Shown: in pieces, positions 30,193-40,778 of the stretch | How the letters are laid out: each line of letters starts with the position of its first letter | Numbering within the stretch: the stretch's first letter is position 1 | From: Syntrophorhabdaceae bacterium | GTDB lineage: Bacteria > Desulfobacterota > Syntrophorhabdia > Syntrophorhabdales > Syntrophorhabdaceae | Length of the DNA stretch: 64,000 nt | Direction: 5' to 3' | NCBI GenBank assembly: GCA_963666485.2 | Contig: CAXXUO010000001.1 | Coordinates: forward strand, 1,248,001 to 1,312,000 | Translations under genes and position numbers: made by a program | Notes under the pieces: generated by a model | Seen by the model: the letters and a program-made list of their open reading frames with translations, nothing else | Told to the model about the DNA's origin: nothing | The model's database searches: none

Positions 30193-30777
30193 TTATAACG
30201 TTTCGACAAACGTCTTGAGCAGGGCCATGGCGCGGCCTCTGTGACTAAACCGGTTCTTTTCTTCCGTGCTTATCTCTGCGAGGTATTTTCCGAGTTCGGG
30301 GGAATAAAAAACGGGATCGTAGCCGAAGCCGTGGGAGCCGTGTTTTTCGAGACCGATGAGCCCTTTGAGTTCGCCGTAAAAGACATAGCACCGGTCCTTC
30401 CCGGGGAAGTAAAGGGCGACGTAGGCCTTGAACTTTGCCTGCCTTTTTTCCCGGGGAACGCCTTCGAGTTCCTTCAGGAGCCTCTCTATCCGTTCATCGT
30501 CATTCTTCCCGTACCGGGAGGAGTAGATGCCGGGCCTGCCGTTTAAGGCCGCTACTTCGAGGCCCGAATCGTCGGCGAGGGCGGGCATGCCGAAATGTTC
30601 GCCGACCTTGCGGGCCTTTTTCATGGCATTCTCGGCATAATAGGGACTGTCTTCAGCAACGTCCAGGGTATCCGGAAAATCGGCGAGGGAATATACCTGC
30701 CTGAAATGGCCGGCGAGAAGGGGTTTCAGCTCCGCAAATTTCCCCCTGTTCGTTGTCGCTATAATGAGGTCCTTCAT
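30193..30777 (-). CDS. rdgB: non-canonical purine NTP pyrophosphatase
   Basis: [25 protein letters not shown]. Confidence 0.96.
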   Translation of the reverse strand: MKDLIIATTNRGKFAELKPLLAGHFRQVYSLADFPDTLDVAEDSPYYAENAMKKARKVGEHFGMPALADDSGLEVAALNGRPGIYSSRYGKNDDERIERLLKELEGVPREKRQAKFKAYVALYFPGKDRCYVFYGELKGLIGLEKHGSHGFGYDPVFYSPELGKYLAEISTEEKNRFSHRGRAMALLKTFVETL

Positions 30778-31502
30778 GCGGGGAAGAGGGGGCCGAGCGT
30801 CGCCTTCTGCTGCCGTGTTATCTCAAGAATGCCTTTTAACGCATACTGGTACATGACGTCGAACTGCTCCTTGGTGAACGGTTTGCGCTCCGCTGTGCCC
30901 TGGACCTCGATAAGTTGCCCCTTCCCGGTCATGATGAAGTTCATATCAACCTCTGCCTTCGAGTCCTCTTCGTAGGACAGATCGAGGGCGATCTGGCCAT
31001 TCACGATCCCGACGCTGATCGCGGCCACGCTGTCCCGCAGGGGTATCTTTTCGATGATGCCGCGCTTCTTCATGCCCCACAGGGCTTCGACAAGGGCCAC
31101 GTATCCGCCCGTAATGCTTGCCGTGCGTGTGCCCCCATCGGCCTGGATCACGTCGCAGTCGACCCAGATGGTCCTCTCTCCGATAACGTCGAGATTAACT
31201 ATTGCGCGCAGGGCCCTGCCTATCAGTCGCTGGATCTCGTGGGTCCGCCCGCCTATGCGTCCCGAGACGGATTCCCGCATGGACCGGTTGTGGGTCGCCC
31301 GGGGGAGCATAGAGTATTCGGCCGTGAGCCAGCCTTTCCCACTGTTTTTCAAGAATGGCGGAACTTTTTCTTCGACGCTCACGCCGCAGATGACCTTTGT
31401 GGCGCCCATTTCGACAAGGACCGAGCCTTCGGGGTACCGCAGAAAGCTCTTTTCAATCTTCAGTTGACGGATCTCGTCGCTCGGTCTTGCGTTCTCTCTC
31501 AT
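30774..31502 (-). CDS. rph: ribonuclease PH
   Basis: [25 protein letters not shown]. Confidence 0.97.
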   Translation of the reverse strand: MRENARPSDEIRQLKIEKSFLRYPEGSVLVEMGATKVICGVSVEEKVPPFLKNSGKGWLTAEYSMLPRATHNRSMRESVSGRIGGRTHEIQRLIGRALRAIVNLDVIGERTIWVDCDVIQADGGTRTASITGGYVALVEALWGMKKRGIIEKIPLRDSVAAISVGIVNGQIALDLSYEEDSKAEVDMNFIMTGKGQLIEVQGTAERKPFTKEQFDVMYQYALKGILEITRQQKATLGPLFPA

Positions 31503-32052
31503 CTTTACCCTCTTTCTTCGTAAAATTCACCATTCCATCATATAGTCTGTCAAAGGATTCCTCGGGCCTCTCCCGGGGCACATCGAGCCTGACAAAGACA
31601 GCCGGCAGGTCCATGCCCAGGAACATGAAAAGCGGCATGGCCTTTACCTTCCTCTGGAAACGAGCGGCTATCGATGAGCCGAGTTCCCGGGAAGCCAAAA
31701 CATGCGTGCCGGGCACTTCATCGGCGTTTAAAACATATCCTTTGGCCTTTTTTTCATCCGTAACGGCAACAAACGCATCGGAGCGGTCCGATTCGACGAT
31801 CTCGAGAACGAGCATGAAGCGCGCCTTTTCCTTGTTGATCCTGTTTGCCGTTTCGACCTGTTTTTCTATTGTTCTTTGCTGATCGTAGGCAGCGACGCTG
31901 AGACCTTTGCCTGAGAAATATTTTTTTGCGCTGGCCCACATGGTGTCATCGGTCCCGCCGGCGCGGACAAGGACGATGCGTTCAGCCGCGAAGGCGGGCA
32001 ATGCGAGGGCAAGAAGAAGAATGATTCCTGCAATGGGCGGGATTTTGTGCAA
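31453..32052 (-). CDS. secreted Amidase_3-like protein, apparently catalytically degenerate
   Basis: Signal peptide; [14 protein letters not shown] and PLFMF..DLPAVFV echo amidase motifs but lack the His/Glu ligands. Confidence 0.55.
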   Translation of the reverse strand: MHKIPPIAGIILLLALALPAFAAERIVLVRAGGTDDTMWASAKKYFSGKGLSVAAYDQQRTIEKQVETANRINKEKARFMLVLEIVESDRSDAFVAVTDEKKAKGYVLNADEVPGTHVLASRELGSSIAARFQRKVKAMPLFMFLGMDLPAVFVRLDVPRERPEESFDRLYDGMVNFTKKEGKDERERKTERRDPSTED

Positions 32053-32059
32053 GGGAAGG

Positions 32060-32989
32060 TTAACCTTTTCTTTCCAGGATATACCGTTCCAGGCTTACCG
32101 CCGCCACCGCACCGTCCCCCACCGCGGTCGAGATCTGTCGAAGGGTCTTCTTTCGGACATCCCCCGCAGCGTAAAGGCCCGGCGTTCGGGTAGCGCACCT
32201 GTCGTCGGTTATGATGTAGCCTGTAGGGTCGCGGTCCACGAGATCTGCCAGGAAGGCCGTGTTCGGCTGATAGCCGACATAGAAGAACACGCCGTTCACG
32301 GCGATCGTCCTGCGTCCGCCGGTCACGGTGTCCTCGACCACAAGCCCTTCCACCTCCCGCGTCCCGGTGACCTCCACGGGGCGGGCGTTCCAGACAAATT
32401 CCATCCGGGGATTACCAAATGCCCTTTCCTGCAGTATTTTCTGGGCGCGCAGCGAATCGCGGCGATGGATGACGTAGACCTTCTTTACGATATTTGCCAG
32501 CGAAAGCGCTTCTTCGATGGCAGAGTCACCTCCGCCGATCACAGCCACATCGAGGCCCCTGAAGAACATTCCGTCACACGTGGCGCAGTAGGATATGCCG
32601 CGGCCTGTAAGTTCGCTTTCACCGGGGATCCCGAGTTTTATCGGTTCCGAACCGCTCGCGATAATAAGCCCTTCGGCTGTCATCTCACCGTCATCCAGGC
32701 TCACGATAAACCTGTTGTCGGTCTTTTTTATGTCCTTTACTTCGCCGAATTCCCGTATGGGAAGGCCGAATGACCTTGCCTGCGCCGCGAACCTGTCCAT
32801 CAGTTCCCTGCCCGCGATGCCCTCCGGAAAACCCGGGTAATTCTCGATGCGCTCCGTATTCAGGGGCGCCCCGCCGGGAAGCATTTTTTCGCACAGAAGC
32901 GTTGAAATGCCCGCGCGCATGAGGTACAACCCGGCAGTAAGTCCCGCGGGACCTCCGCCCACGATAAGAGCATCATAATGTTCGGCCAA
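32060..32989 (-). CDS. trxB: thioredoxin reductase
   Basis: GGGPAG, SYCATCDG, GGGDSA, AAGDV. Confidence 0.97.
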   Translation of the reverse strand: MAEHYDALIVGGGPAGLTAGLYLMRAGISTLLCEKMLPGGAPLNTERIENYPGFPEGIAGRELMDRFAAQARSFGLPIREFGEVKDIKKTDNRFIVSLDDGEMTAEGLIIASGSEPIKLGIPGESELTGRGISYCATCDGMFFRGLDVAVIGGGDSAIEEALSLANIVKKVYVIHRRDSLRAQKILQERAFGNPRMEFVWNARPVEVTGTREVEGLVVEDTVTGGRRTIAVNGVFFYVGYQPNTAFLADLVDRDPTGYIITDDRCATRTPGLYAAGDVRKKTLRQISTAVGDGAVAAVSLERYILERKG

Positions 32990-33072
32990 TCAAAACTCCT
33001 GATAAAACAAAGGTTTTCTTAAACCGGGCCAAATCCCAATGTTTCTCATTGTAAGGAATCCACGGTCAATAT

Positions 33073-33852
33073 TCAATGCAATTTTCGCCTTTCGGTGCAT
33101 TCGACAGTGCAATTCCGGCACATGAGGGCGGCGTTATGCGTTTCAAAGAACCTGCGCGGATGCCGCCGGTAAAGATATTCCCACTGGAAGACAACGATGA
33201 TGGACACCGCCAGTATCGACCAGGTCCAGAAAGACGGGATGAAGACGAGCGGCGAGAACGCCATGATGTAACCCCAGTTGTTTATCCGGCACGTGCTGCA
33301 GCACTTTCCTTTTGCAAGCAATTTAAAAGGGCAGACAACGCTCACGCAGAACTGGTCCATGAAGACGAAGAACAGGACCGTTATGTAGATCCACGTGTCG
33401 TTGAACATGCCGACAGTGCGCCACAGGAGCATGTCGGCGAGGAGGAGAAGCCAGTAAAAAGCGGATTTCAGCGCGCCCCGGTCTGCCATTGCCTTCAGGC
33501 GGCGCAGTTGTTCTTCGCGTACGGGCGTGATGCGGTCCGCTTCGATATAGAACCTTCCAAAGATCTTTCGCGATGATATCTTCTTGTTGTACCGGGGTAT
33601 CATGCGTTTGATGAGTATAAAGACGGCAAGCGCCCACAGGAGATGGTAGACCCGGACGGGCCCTGCCGGCGGGAATGTAAAAAAAGCAGCAAGGGCATCG
33701 GGACGGAATATGCCGATGAGCCCGACGAAGACCACGACGCCTGCCTTTATGGAGAATTCTTTCTTCTCCGGCATCCCGGTGTTTCGCGCACGTGTGCCCG
33801 CGGCAGCGCCGGGGTCGAACTGTACGGTCTCTGATCGCGCCGATTGCTTCAT
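33073..33852 (-). CDS. hypothetical multi-pass membrane protein with Cys clusters
   Basis: About 6 TM segments; CVSVVCP, CCSTC, CRNCTVEC; ATGA overlap with upstream gene. Confidence 0.7.
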   Translation of the reverse strand: MKQSARSETVQFDPGAAAGTRARNTGMPEKKEFSIKAGVVVFVGLIGIFRPDALAAFFTFPPAGPVRVYHLLWALAVFILIKRMIPRYNKKISSRKIFGRFYIEADRITPVREEQLRRLKAMADRGALKSAFYWLLLLADMLLWRTVGMFNDTWIYITVLFFVFMDQFCVSVVCPFKLLAKGKCCSTCRINNWGYIMAFSPLVFIPSFWTWSILAVSIIVVFQWEYLYRRHPRRFFETHNAALMCRNCTVECTERRKLH

Positions 33853-35006
33853 TTTCCCGGCCTGGCCTCTTTCAGAAAGGCGGCGTTCCCGTCGCCAAGG
33901 ATAAGCGTATACGGCCCTTCACCCGCGTGGTACATGTATCGTACCTGAATATAATACGTGCCGGCCGGCAGGTCTTTCTCGATATAAAAATCCTTCCCGG
34001 CGTCCTGGCCGCTGCGGGCCAACATATTCCCGCGGGAATCCCACAGGTCCGCAACGATATCGAGGTTCCCGCGCGAAGCGACCCTCATTTTACCGCCGGG
34101 AAAGTCGAAACGGAATGTATCATAGTCGTTCCTGTCGATATATGCCTCGATGGTCGCATTATAGGGGACGAGCGCCGCGTCCGCCGATGTCCGGCCCGCT
34201 TCTTTGATAGTGCCTGACTTCGGCGGGACCGTCGCCGGCCGGTCCGGTTTCGGGGTTTGGGGGGTACCGGGTGATGGACCGGGGATCACCGCGGAGCCCT
34301 GCGGCTTTTGAGGGGTTGTTCCCGGCTGAGCGGGTGTCGCGGTGCTGACCGTTGCCGGCTGGGTTTCTCCCGGAATGTTGGTCAAAAGGAAAGGGTAAGG
34401 TTTGATACTTCCGCTCACCCTTTTGCCGGATTTCTTAACTTCATCGTCGGAATCCGGCGGTGTCTTCAGCATGATCCGGGTCGACGCACCCGGCTTGCTG
34501 AAAACGAAGGTCACATAGAGATTGTTGTGTTCACTTTGCGCTGCTATCGTGAGGTTGTACCGTATGAGGTCGCACGAGACGTTCTCATTCCGGAGTATCG
34601 GCCAGGGCTGTTGCCCCCGTGTAACGAAGGTCCGGGTGAAGCCCTCCGACCGGCCGTAGGACGCAGTATAATTCGTGAGCGGCGTATCCCCGTCAAGGTA
34701 TACCCAGATCTTGGTCCCGTCTGACGGTGCGGGGTGGCAATCATACAGCGTATATTCTTGCCCCGGCGTCACTATGAAACGTCCAACCCTGACATAATCA
34801 GGCACCTTCTGACTTTCATAGGAACAGCGCGACAACAGCTTTTTCGGGGCGGTCGTCCGGTTGAGCGGGGCATCAGGCGCTTTTATGGTCACCATGGTAT
34901 TGAGAGGCAGGACCTCGGCGGTCATCTGGCCGCGGACGGAAGAGGGCAGGCACGCGAGAGTTGTTAAGAACGCTAGAAGCGCAGTCAGTAATATGATCTT
35001 TTTCAT
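33849..35006 (-). CDS. secreted protein with Pro/Thr linker and C-terminal PPC-like domain
   Basis: MKKIILL signal peptide; DYDTFRF...LPAGTYYIQV...GPYTL. Confidence 0.75.
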   Translation of the reverse strand: MKKIILLTALLAFLTTLACLPSSVRGQMTAEVLPLNTMVTIKAPDAPLNRTTAPKKLLSRCSYESQKVPDYVRVGRFIVTPGQEYTLYDCHPAPSDGTKIWVYLDGDTPLTNYTASYGRSEGFTRTFVTRGQQPWPILRNENVSCDLIRYNLTIAAQSEHNNLYVTFVFSKPGASTRIMLKTPPDSDDEVKKSGKRVSGSIKPYPFLLTNIPGETQPATVSTATPAQPGTTPQKPQGSAVIPGPSPGTPQTPKPDRPATVPPKSGTIKEAGRTSADAALVPYNATIEAYIDRNDYDTFRFDFPGGKMRVASRGNLDIVADLWDSRGNMLARSGQDAGKDFYIEKDLPAGTYYIQVRYMYHAGEGPYTLILGDGNAAFLKEARPGK

Positions 35007-35106
35007 AGGCACCCTCGATTCTAAAATGCGTTGTGAACGTTTAAAGGTCATTCTGCGGCAAGGATACCTAAAGGCTGCCCTGTATGTCAAGGCATGTATG
35101 GAGAAA

Positions 35107-35182
35107 TGGAGCGGGCAACGGGGCTCGAACCCGCGGCATCAAGCTTGGGAAGCTTGCACTCTACCAGCTGAGTTATGCCCGC
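35107..35182 (-). tRNA. tRNA-Gly(CCC)
   Basis: GCGGGCA...TGCCCGCTCCA; anticodon arm CAAGC-TTCCCAA-GCTTG; CCA encoded. Confidence 0.96.
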
Positions 35183-35206
35183 CTGACAACATTGTAAATG
35201 AAACGG

Positions 35207-35283
35207 AGGCGATAGGCAAGAGGCAATGGGCAAGGAAATTTTTCAGTGCTGCCCCATCGCCCATCGCCCATCGCCTATAGCCC
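35207..35283. repeat. inverted heptamer-array element (AGGCGAT/CCCATCG)
   Basis: Left aggcgat-aggcaag-aggcaat-gggcaag; right (cccatcg)x3-cctatag; spacer about 18 nt. Confidence 0.75.
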
Positions 35284-35290
35284 GTCTTTT

Positions 35291-36841
35291 TCAGCTTTTT
35301 CTATTGTACCCGAACCTCTCTTCGAACACCGGGGCAACGAGGTTATCGATCGGGGCGTAGTCATCCCTGATCACGATCGCATCCTTCCTGTTGATAAACT
35401 CATCCATCAGCTGATCCGGAACGACGGCCGAGGTCGCACGCTTGCCAAGGCTTTCCTTCAGGAATGCCTGAAACCCCGCGATGTCGAAATTGCCATTCCC
35501 GGCAATAACGATAAACGTGCTTATCTGGACATTCCTGAAATTCGGGGTCACGGAGATCAGGTACACGTTCTTCTGCCCGAAAACTTCACGCAGTGTTTTT
35601 ATGTATGACGGGAGGAAAAGTCCCCTCTGAAAATTATCGATAATGTTCGACATGAGGATCGCGTCAGGGTTCATTCTATCCTTGATCTGCTGGAGAAATT
35701 CCTTTGTCGTGAGATGATAGGGGATCGAAATGTCGTTGTAGGCATCGGTAAAGACGAGATCATATTTTTCCGTGCAGTTCATGACGAACCACCTGCCGTC
35801 CGTATTGTAAGTGACGATCCTCGTATTCTTCGGAAGACCGAGGTGGTCGTACACAACTTTTGTCACGTGAGGGTCGATCTCAACGACATCTATTTTTGAT
35901 TTCGGATACATTACCTCCATGTAACGGGGAAAGGTGTAGCCCCCGCCCCCGATCGTGAGGCTCTTGAACGGCGTATCCGGGTCGAACTTCCATTTGAGCA
36001 CGTCGGCATAGATCCGCTCGTACTCGTACTCTATGTGCGTCGGGTCCTTGAGGTTCACATAAGAATGGATGAGATTGTCGAGGACCATCGCGTCGAGTTC
36101 TGTTTCCTTGTCGGAGCTCATGGTCTTGGAGAGCTTTATCGTGTAATAATCGCTTTCCTTATAGTAATAGGTTTTGCCGCTCAGGGGAACGTTGTAAAGA
36201 TATGTCTGGATGAAGAAAAGGCATACGGCGGCGACAACGATAAAGATCGCCATGCTCGCCTTCTTCCGGAAAAGGGAGCCGGACAGGAGCGCCGCCGCTA
36301 TCAGGATTATTCCCATCACGAGAACGATCGTCCGCGTTCCCATCCAGGAGATCAGGAAGAACCCGGTCACGAACGTACCGATAATAGCGCCCAGGGTTGA
36401 AAGGGCGTAGATCTTGCCTATCGTGTTGCCGGCATTCTCGACATTCTTTAGCGTCAGCCGGACGACGACCGGGGAGATCGTCCCGATAACACAGCCCGGC
36501 ACAAAGAAAATTATCGAAGTAATGATGAAGATGCGTGCCATCAGTGAGACGGGGAACCGGTACGCCGCAACGGCATGGGTGAGGGGAATGATGGTGAGGG
36601 CCGTCACCCCCGACAGAAGCAGAAGCCAGCCGAGCGTCTTTCGCGTTGGGAACCGGTCAACGAGCTGGCCGCCTATGAAGGCGCCGACGCTGATGCCCGC
36701 CAGGATAACGCCTATGATGCTTGTCCACGTATAGATCGAAACCCCGACAAAAGGCGCCAGGATGCGTCCCGCCACCATTTCAATGACAAGGCTGCAGAAG
36801 CTCGCGGTGAAGGTGATGATGTAGGCCTCGAGAAGAGTCAT
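35291..36841 (-). CDS. fused MFS-like membrane domain / spermidine synthase-like methyltransferase
   Basis: EMVAGRILAPFVGVSIYTW, STLGAIIG; IGGGGY, VEIDP, TDAY, DDYAP. Confidence 0.88.
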   Translation of the reverse strand: MTLLEAYIITFTASFCSLVIEMVAGRILAPFVGVSIYTWTSIIGVILAGISVGAFIGGQLVDRFPTRKTLGWLLLLSGVTALTIIPLTHAVAAYRFPVSLMARIFIITSIIFFVPGCVIGTISPVVVRLTLKNVENAGNTIGKIYALSTLGAIIGTFVTGFFLISWMGTRTIVLVMGIILIAAALLSGSLFRKKASMAIFIVVAAVCLFFIQTYLYNVPLSGKTYYYKESDYYTIKLSKTMSSDKETELDAMVLDNLIHSYVNLKDPTHIEYEYERIYADVLKWKFDPDTPFKSLTIGGGGYTFPRYMEVMYPKSKIDVVEIDPHVTKVVYDHLGLPKNTRIVTYNTDGRWFVMNCTEKYDLVFTDAYNDISIPYHLTTKEFLQQIKDRMNPDAILMSNIIDNFQRGLFLPSYIKTLREVFGQKNVYLISVTPNFRNVQISTFIVIAGNGNFDIAGFQAFLKESLGKRATSAVVPDQLMDEFINRKDAIVIRDDYAPIDNLVAPVFEERFGYNRKS

Positions 36842-37051
36842 GTGCCCGTCCTCCCTGAATACGATTGGATTTCATTTTGTACCAGCTGCCGATAAAGATT
36901 AGGCCCGGAACATAATACTAAATAGTATCCCCCTTGTTTTGTCAAAGAAATTAAGCATACGAGATACCGCCGCATCGGCAGTATCGCCCGGTATGACGGC
37001 AATGAAGGAAAAATTGTACAACAGCCGATTTTATACTATATTATTCTCGAT

Positions 37052-37732
37052 ATGAAGGTACTTGTCGTCGAAGATGAGATCAAGGTCTCTAATTTTATCA
37101 TGCGGGGCCTCGAAGAGGAAGGATACACCGTCGACGTCGCCGAGGATGGTAAAAAAGGCCTCGAACTCATCAAAACACAAGAGTACGACATCGTGCTTCT
37201 CGATCTCATGATCCCCGAGATAGACGGGCTCGAGGTCCTGAAAAGGATGCGGCAGGAAGGGATCGAGACGCCCGTTCTGATCATCACCGCCAAGAGCACG
37301 AAGGAAGACGTCATAAAAGGGCTCGATACCGGCAGCGACGATTACCTCACGAAGCCCTTCTCTTTCGACGAGCTCCTCGCCCGGATCCGTGCGCTCCTGC
37401 GCAGGAGCCGCAAGGCAGTCCAGCTTACTCTCGAGTACCGGGAAATGGTCCTCAACCCGTACAACAGGAGACTGTCGGTCGGGGACAACGAGACAGAGCT
37501 TACCGAGAAAGAGTTTCTCATCATGGAATACATGATGCGCAATTGCGAAAGGCCTCTCACGCGAAAAGAGATGGCCGAGTATGCATGGCAAAGTCAGGAT
37601 GATTCTTCGAACATCGTCGACGTCTACGTTAACTTTTTGCGAAAGAAGATCGAGCTGCTGACGGACAGGAAATTCATACACACGGTCCGCGGAGTGGGTT
37701 ACGTCCTCAAAGAAGATAATGAAAAGCTTTAA
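37052..37732 (+). CDS. OmpR-family response regulator (CusR/CzcR-like)
   Basis: VVEDE, LLDLMIP, DDYLTKPF, TVRGVGY. Confidence 0.95.
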   Translation: MKVLVVEDEIKVSNFIMRGLEEEGYTVDVAEDGKKGLELIKTQEYDIVLLDLMIPEIDGLEVLKRMRQEGIETPVLIITAKSTKEDVIKGLDTGSDDYLTKPFSFDELLARIRALLRRSRKAVQLTLEYREMVLNPYNRRLSVGDNETELTEKEFLIMEYMMRNCERPLTRKEMAEYAWQSQDDSSNIVDVYVNFLRKKIELLTDRKFIHTVRGVGYVLKEDNEKL

Positions 37733-39122
37733 TCTTCCTATTAAATGGAAATTAACCCTCTGGTACGGCGGCATCCTCGCATTGATCCTGGTTGCCTTTT
37801 GCGGTTTCGTCTACACATACTTCCAGAACAGCCTTCAGAAAAGCATCGATACCAAGATAAAATCCATCGCCGAGGTGCTTTCCTCGTCCATGACCGAGAC
37901 CCACAGCCAGAGCCTCTTCGGCAATTTTGAGCGCTATCTCGAAAATACCCTCGGCAAGAAGCCAAAGGGAAAGTTCATCCAGATCATCGACGCGTCCGGC
38001 AAGATCGGGGCAAGGCTCAACGACCTCGAGGCGGAAGCGGTGCCCGTGAGCTTTACCACCCTCGAGAGGGCGTTAAGGGGAGAGATCGTCTACGAGACGA
38101 TAGAGACGGCGCGCCCGCGGTTGCGCATGATCACCATGCCGATCCTCGAGAACAAGAAGGTGACCAGCATCGTCCAGGTCGGTTCGTCCCTCGAGGAGTT
38201 CGAGGACACGATGAAGCGCCTCCTTATAATAATGATAGTCAGCATATTTACTGCCACGGGCGGAACGATAATCGTCGGGTACTTTATGGCGAAGAAGACC
38301 ATGAAGCCCGTTGACCAGATACGCAGGACGGCCGTGAAGATATCGTCGAGCAACCTCGACGAAAGGATCGAGCTGAAAGGCCGCAAGGACGAACTGGGCC
38401 GTCTCGCCGAAACATTCAACGCAATGATCGCGCGCCTCAAGGATTCTTTCCAGAGGATCAACCAGTTCAGTATCGACGTCTCGCACGAACTGAAAACCCC
38501 GCTCACGATATTGAAGGGGGAGACGGAACTGGCCCTGAGAAAAGAAAGGACAAACGAGGAATACAGGAAATCCCTGGAGAGCAACCTCGAAGAGATCGAC
38601 AGGATGAGCCACATTATCGATGACCTGCTCCTGCTCTCGAAGGCGGAGACGAAGGACATACGCTTGAACCTCGACAAGGTCGACCTCAGGGACCTGCTCG
38701 CGGATGTGTGCCTCAATATGAAGATCTTCGGCGAGAACAAAGGGGTGGAAATAATAGTGAGGGACCTGGAGGATATCCGGATAATCGGGGACGAGCTCAA
38801 GCTTCGCAGAATGATCACGAATGTCGTGGAGAACGGCATAAAATACGGGCATACCGGCGGGTTCGTGGCCGTGTCCTCGTATAAGCAGAATGGCTATGCC
38901 TGCATAAACGTAAAAGACGACGGGCCGGGCATATCGTCCGGGGACATCAAATTCATCTTCGACAGGTTTTACCGTGCGGACCGGTCGCGCAAGCGCGAGA
39001 GCGGCAGCGGCCTTGGGCTCTCCATAAGCAAGTGGATAGCAGAGGCCCATAACGGGTCCATCGAGGTCGAGTCGAAGCCCGCGGCGGGAAGTCTTTTCAT
39101 CATAAAATTACCCATGTCTTGA
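37719..39122 (+). CDS. HAMP sensor histidine kinase (CusS-like)
   Basis: 2 TM, HAMP, SHELKTPL, IFDRFYR, GSGLGL. Confidence 0.95.
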   Translation: MKSFNLPIKWKLTLWYGGILALILVAFCGFVYTYFQNSLQKSIDTKIKSIAEVLSSSMTETHSQSLFGNFERYLENTLGKKPKGKFIQIIDASGKIGARLNDLEAEAVPVSFTTLERALRGEIVYETIETARPRLRMITMPILENKKVTSIVQVGSSLEEFEDTMKRLLIIMIVSIFTATGGTIIVGYFMAKKTMKPVDQIRRTAVKISSSNLDERIELKGRKDELGRLAETFNAMIARLKDSFQRINQFSIDVSHELKTPLTILKGETELALRKERTNEEYRKSLESNLEEIDRMSHIIDDLLLLSKAETKDIRLNLDKVDLRDLLADVCLNMKIFGENKGVEIIVRDLEDIRIIGDELKLRRMITNVVENGIKYGHTGGFVAVSSYKQNGYACINVKDDGPGISSGDIKFIFDRFYRADRSRKRESGSGLGLSISKWIAEAHNGSIEVESKPAAGSLFIIKLPMS

Positions 39123-39135
39123 TGGAGGTTCTTGT

Positions 39136-40599
39136 ATGAAGAACAAACGACTTGTTGTGACCGTTTGTATTCTGATCATTGCGGCCATTAGTTTCGCATA
39201 TGTCAGGGCGCAGGTAGCTACTGACAAACGGCCGGCACCGGAAGTCGCCCAGAACATACGGGGCGCGGCGGCGATGGGCAACGGGCTGCCGTCTTTTGCA
39301 GGTCTTGTCAACCAGGCGAAGCCTTCAATAGTCAATATCAGCACGACGGCTGTCATAAAGGGCCCGGGGGGCCAGGGGCCTTTCGTGGGCCCGAACAACC
39401 CGTTCAAGGACTTTTTTGGCGACGATTTCTTCGACAAGTTTTTCAACAACGGGCCGCGCCGGGAATACAAGCAGCGGAGCCTTGGTTCCGGCTTTATCAT
39501 CGATAAGGAAGGCTATATACTGACGAACAATCACGTTGTCGAGAAGGCATCGACGATCAAGGTAAAACTGTCTGACGAAAAAGAGTATGACGCAAAGATC
39601 ATCGGCCGCGACCCCAAGACGGATATAGCCCTGATAAAGATCGATGTCCGGCAGTCCCTGCCGGTCGCCGTGCTCGGCGACTCTGAAAACCTGCAGGTGG
39701 GGGATTGGGTCGTTGCGATAGGCAACCCGTTCGGCCTTGAGCATACGGTCACGGCCGGGATCGTGAGCGCAAAAGGCAGGATCATCGGTGCGGGGCCTTA
39801 TGACGAGTTCATCCAGACGGACGCCTCGATCAATCCCGGCAACAGCGGAGGACCTCTTTTAAACCTCAAGGGCGAGGTGGTCGGCATAAACACGGCTATC
39901 GTTTCAGGCGGCCAGGGCATCGGTTTCGCCATCCCCATCAACGTTGCACGGGACATGCTCGCGCAGCTCAAGAGCAAGGGCAAGGTAGCGCGCGGCTGGC
40001 TCGGGATAGTCATCCAGAAGATAACCCCCGAGATCGCGAAAAGCTTCGGTATAACACAGTCGGAAGGTGCGCTGGTTGCGGATGTCATGGAAAACAGCCC
40101 TGCGGAAAAGGCCGGCATCAGGAGGGGCGACCTGATCATCTCGTATAACGGGAAGAAGGTCAAAGACAACGACACCCTGCCCCGGCTTGTCGCGGCGACC
40201 GAGATAGGCAAGAAGGCGAAGATCGTCCTTATCAGGGACAAAAAACAGATGGAAGTCGACGTGGTCGTGGGTGAGCTCCAGGATGAAGCGCTCAAGGTGA
40301 AGAAGACAGAGGTAGAAAAAGACATCGGGCTCGTTGTTCAGGATATCACGCCGGAGGTGGCCAAGCACCTGAACCTGAAAAAGGATGTGCGCGGTGTCAT
40401 TGTGACCGATGTTTTGCCCGGTTCCCCCGCCCAGGATGCGGACATCCGCTCGGGAGACGTTATCAGGGAGATCGGCAGGAGGCCGGTACGCAGCGTCGCC
40501 GAATTCAAGAACGCCTTGAAAAATTCCAATATCAAGGAAGGCATCGTGATTCTTATCCAGAGGGATAACACGACCTTCTACGCCGTTATCCGCCAGTAA
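39136..40599 (+). CDS. degP: DegP/DegQ (HtrA) serine protease
   Basis: TNNHV, DIAL, GNSGG; two PDZ domains. Confidence 0.93.
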   Translation: MKNKRLVVTVCILIIAAISFAYVRAQVATDKRPAPEVAQNIRGAAAMGNGLPSFAGLVNQAKPSIVNISTTAVIKGPGGQGPFVGPNNPFKDFFGDDFFDKFFNNGPRREYKQRSLGSGFIIDKEGYILTNNHVVEKASTIKVKLSDEKEYDAKIIGRDPKTDIALIKIDVRQSLPVAVLGDSENLQVGDWVVAIGNPFGLEHTVTAGIVSAKGRIIGAGPYDEFIQTDASINPGNSGGPLLNLKGEVVGINTAIVSGGQGIGFAIPINVARDMLAQLKSKGKVARGWLGIVIQKITPEIAKSFGITQSEGALVADVMENSPAEKAGIRRGDLIISYNGKKVKDNDTLPRLVAATEIGKKAKIVLIRDKKQMEVDVVVGELQDEALKVKKTEVEKDIGLVVQDITPEVAKHLNLKKDVRGVIVTDVLPGSPAQDADIRSGDVIREIGRRPVRSVAEFKNALKNSNIKEGIVILIQRDNTTFYAVIRQ

Positions 40600-40613
40600 A
40601 CGAACTTCTTTCA

Positions 40614-40659
40614 GGGGTCCTGCACCGCATTACGTACGGCGCAGGACCCCCATATTTAT
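40614..40659 (+). terminator. hairpin after degP
   Basis: GGGGTCCTGC...GCAGGACCCC followed by an AT-rich tail. Confidence 0.5.
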
Positions 40660-40778
40660 TAACAATTCTGAAAACTTACCACGCAAAACTTAAGAGCATG
40701 ACGGAACTTATGCGACCCAAGCATCCGTTAATGTAATTTTTTCTTTGCAAAAAAAATTTTATTATGTATTATTGAGTC

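Noticed and set aside
32990..35106. Integrative island at tRNA-Gly
   Set aside because: No integrase and no duplicated tRNA 3' end found
36964..36984. Small hairpin upstream of the response regulator
   Set aside because: Short and imperfect; cannot be assigned as an operator or terminator
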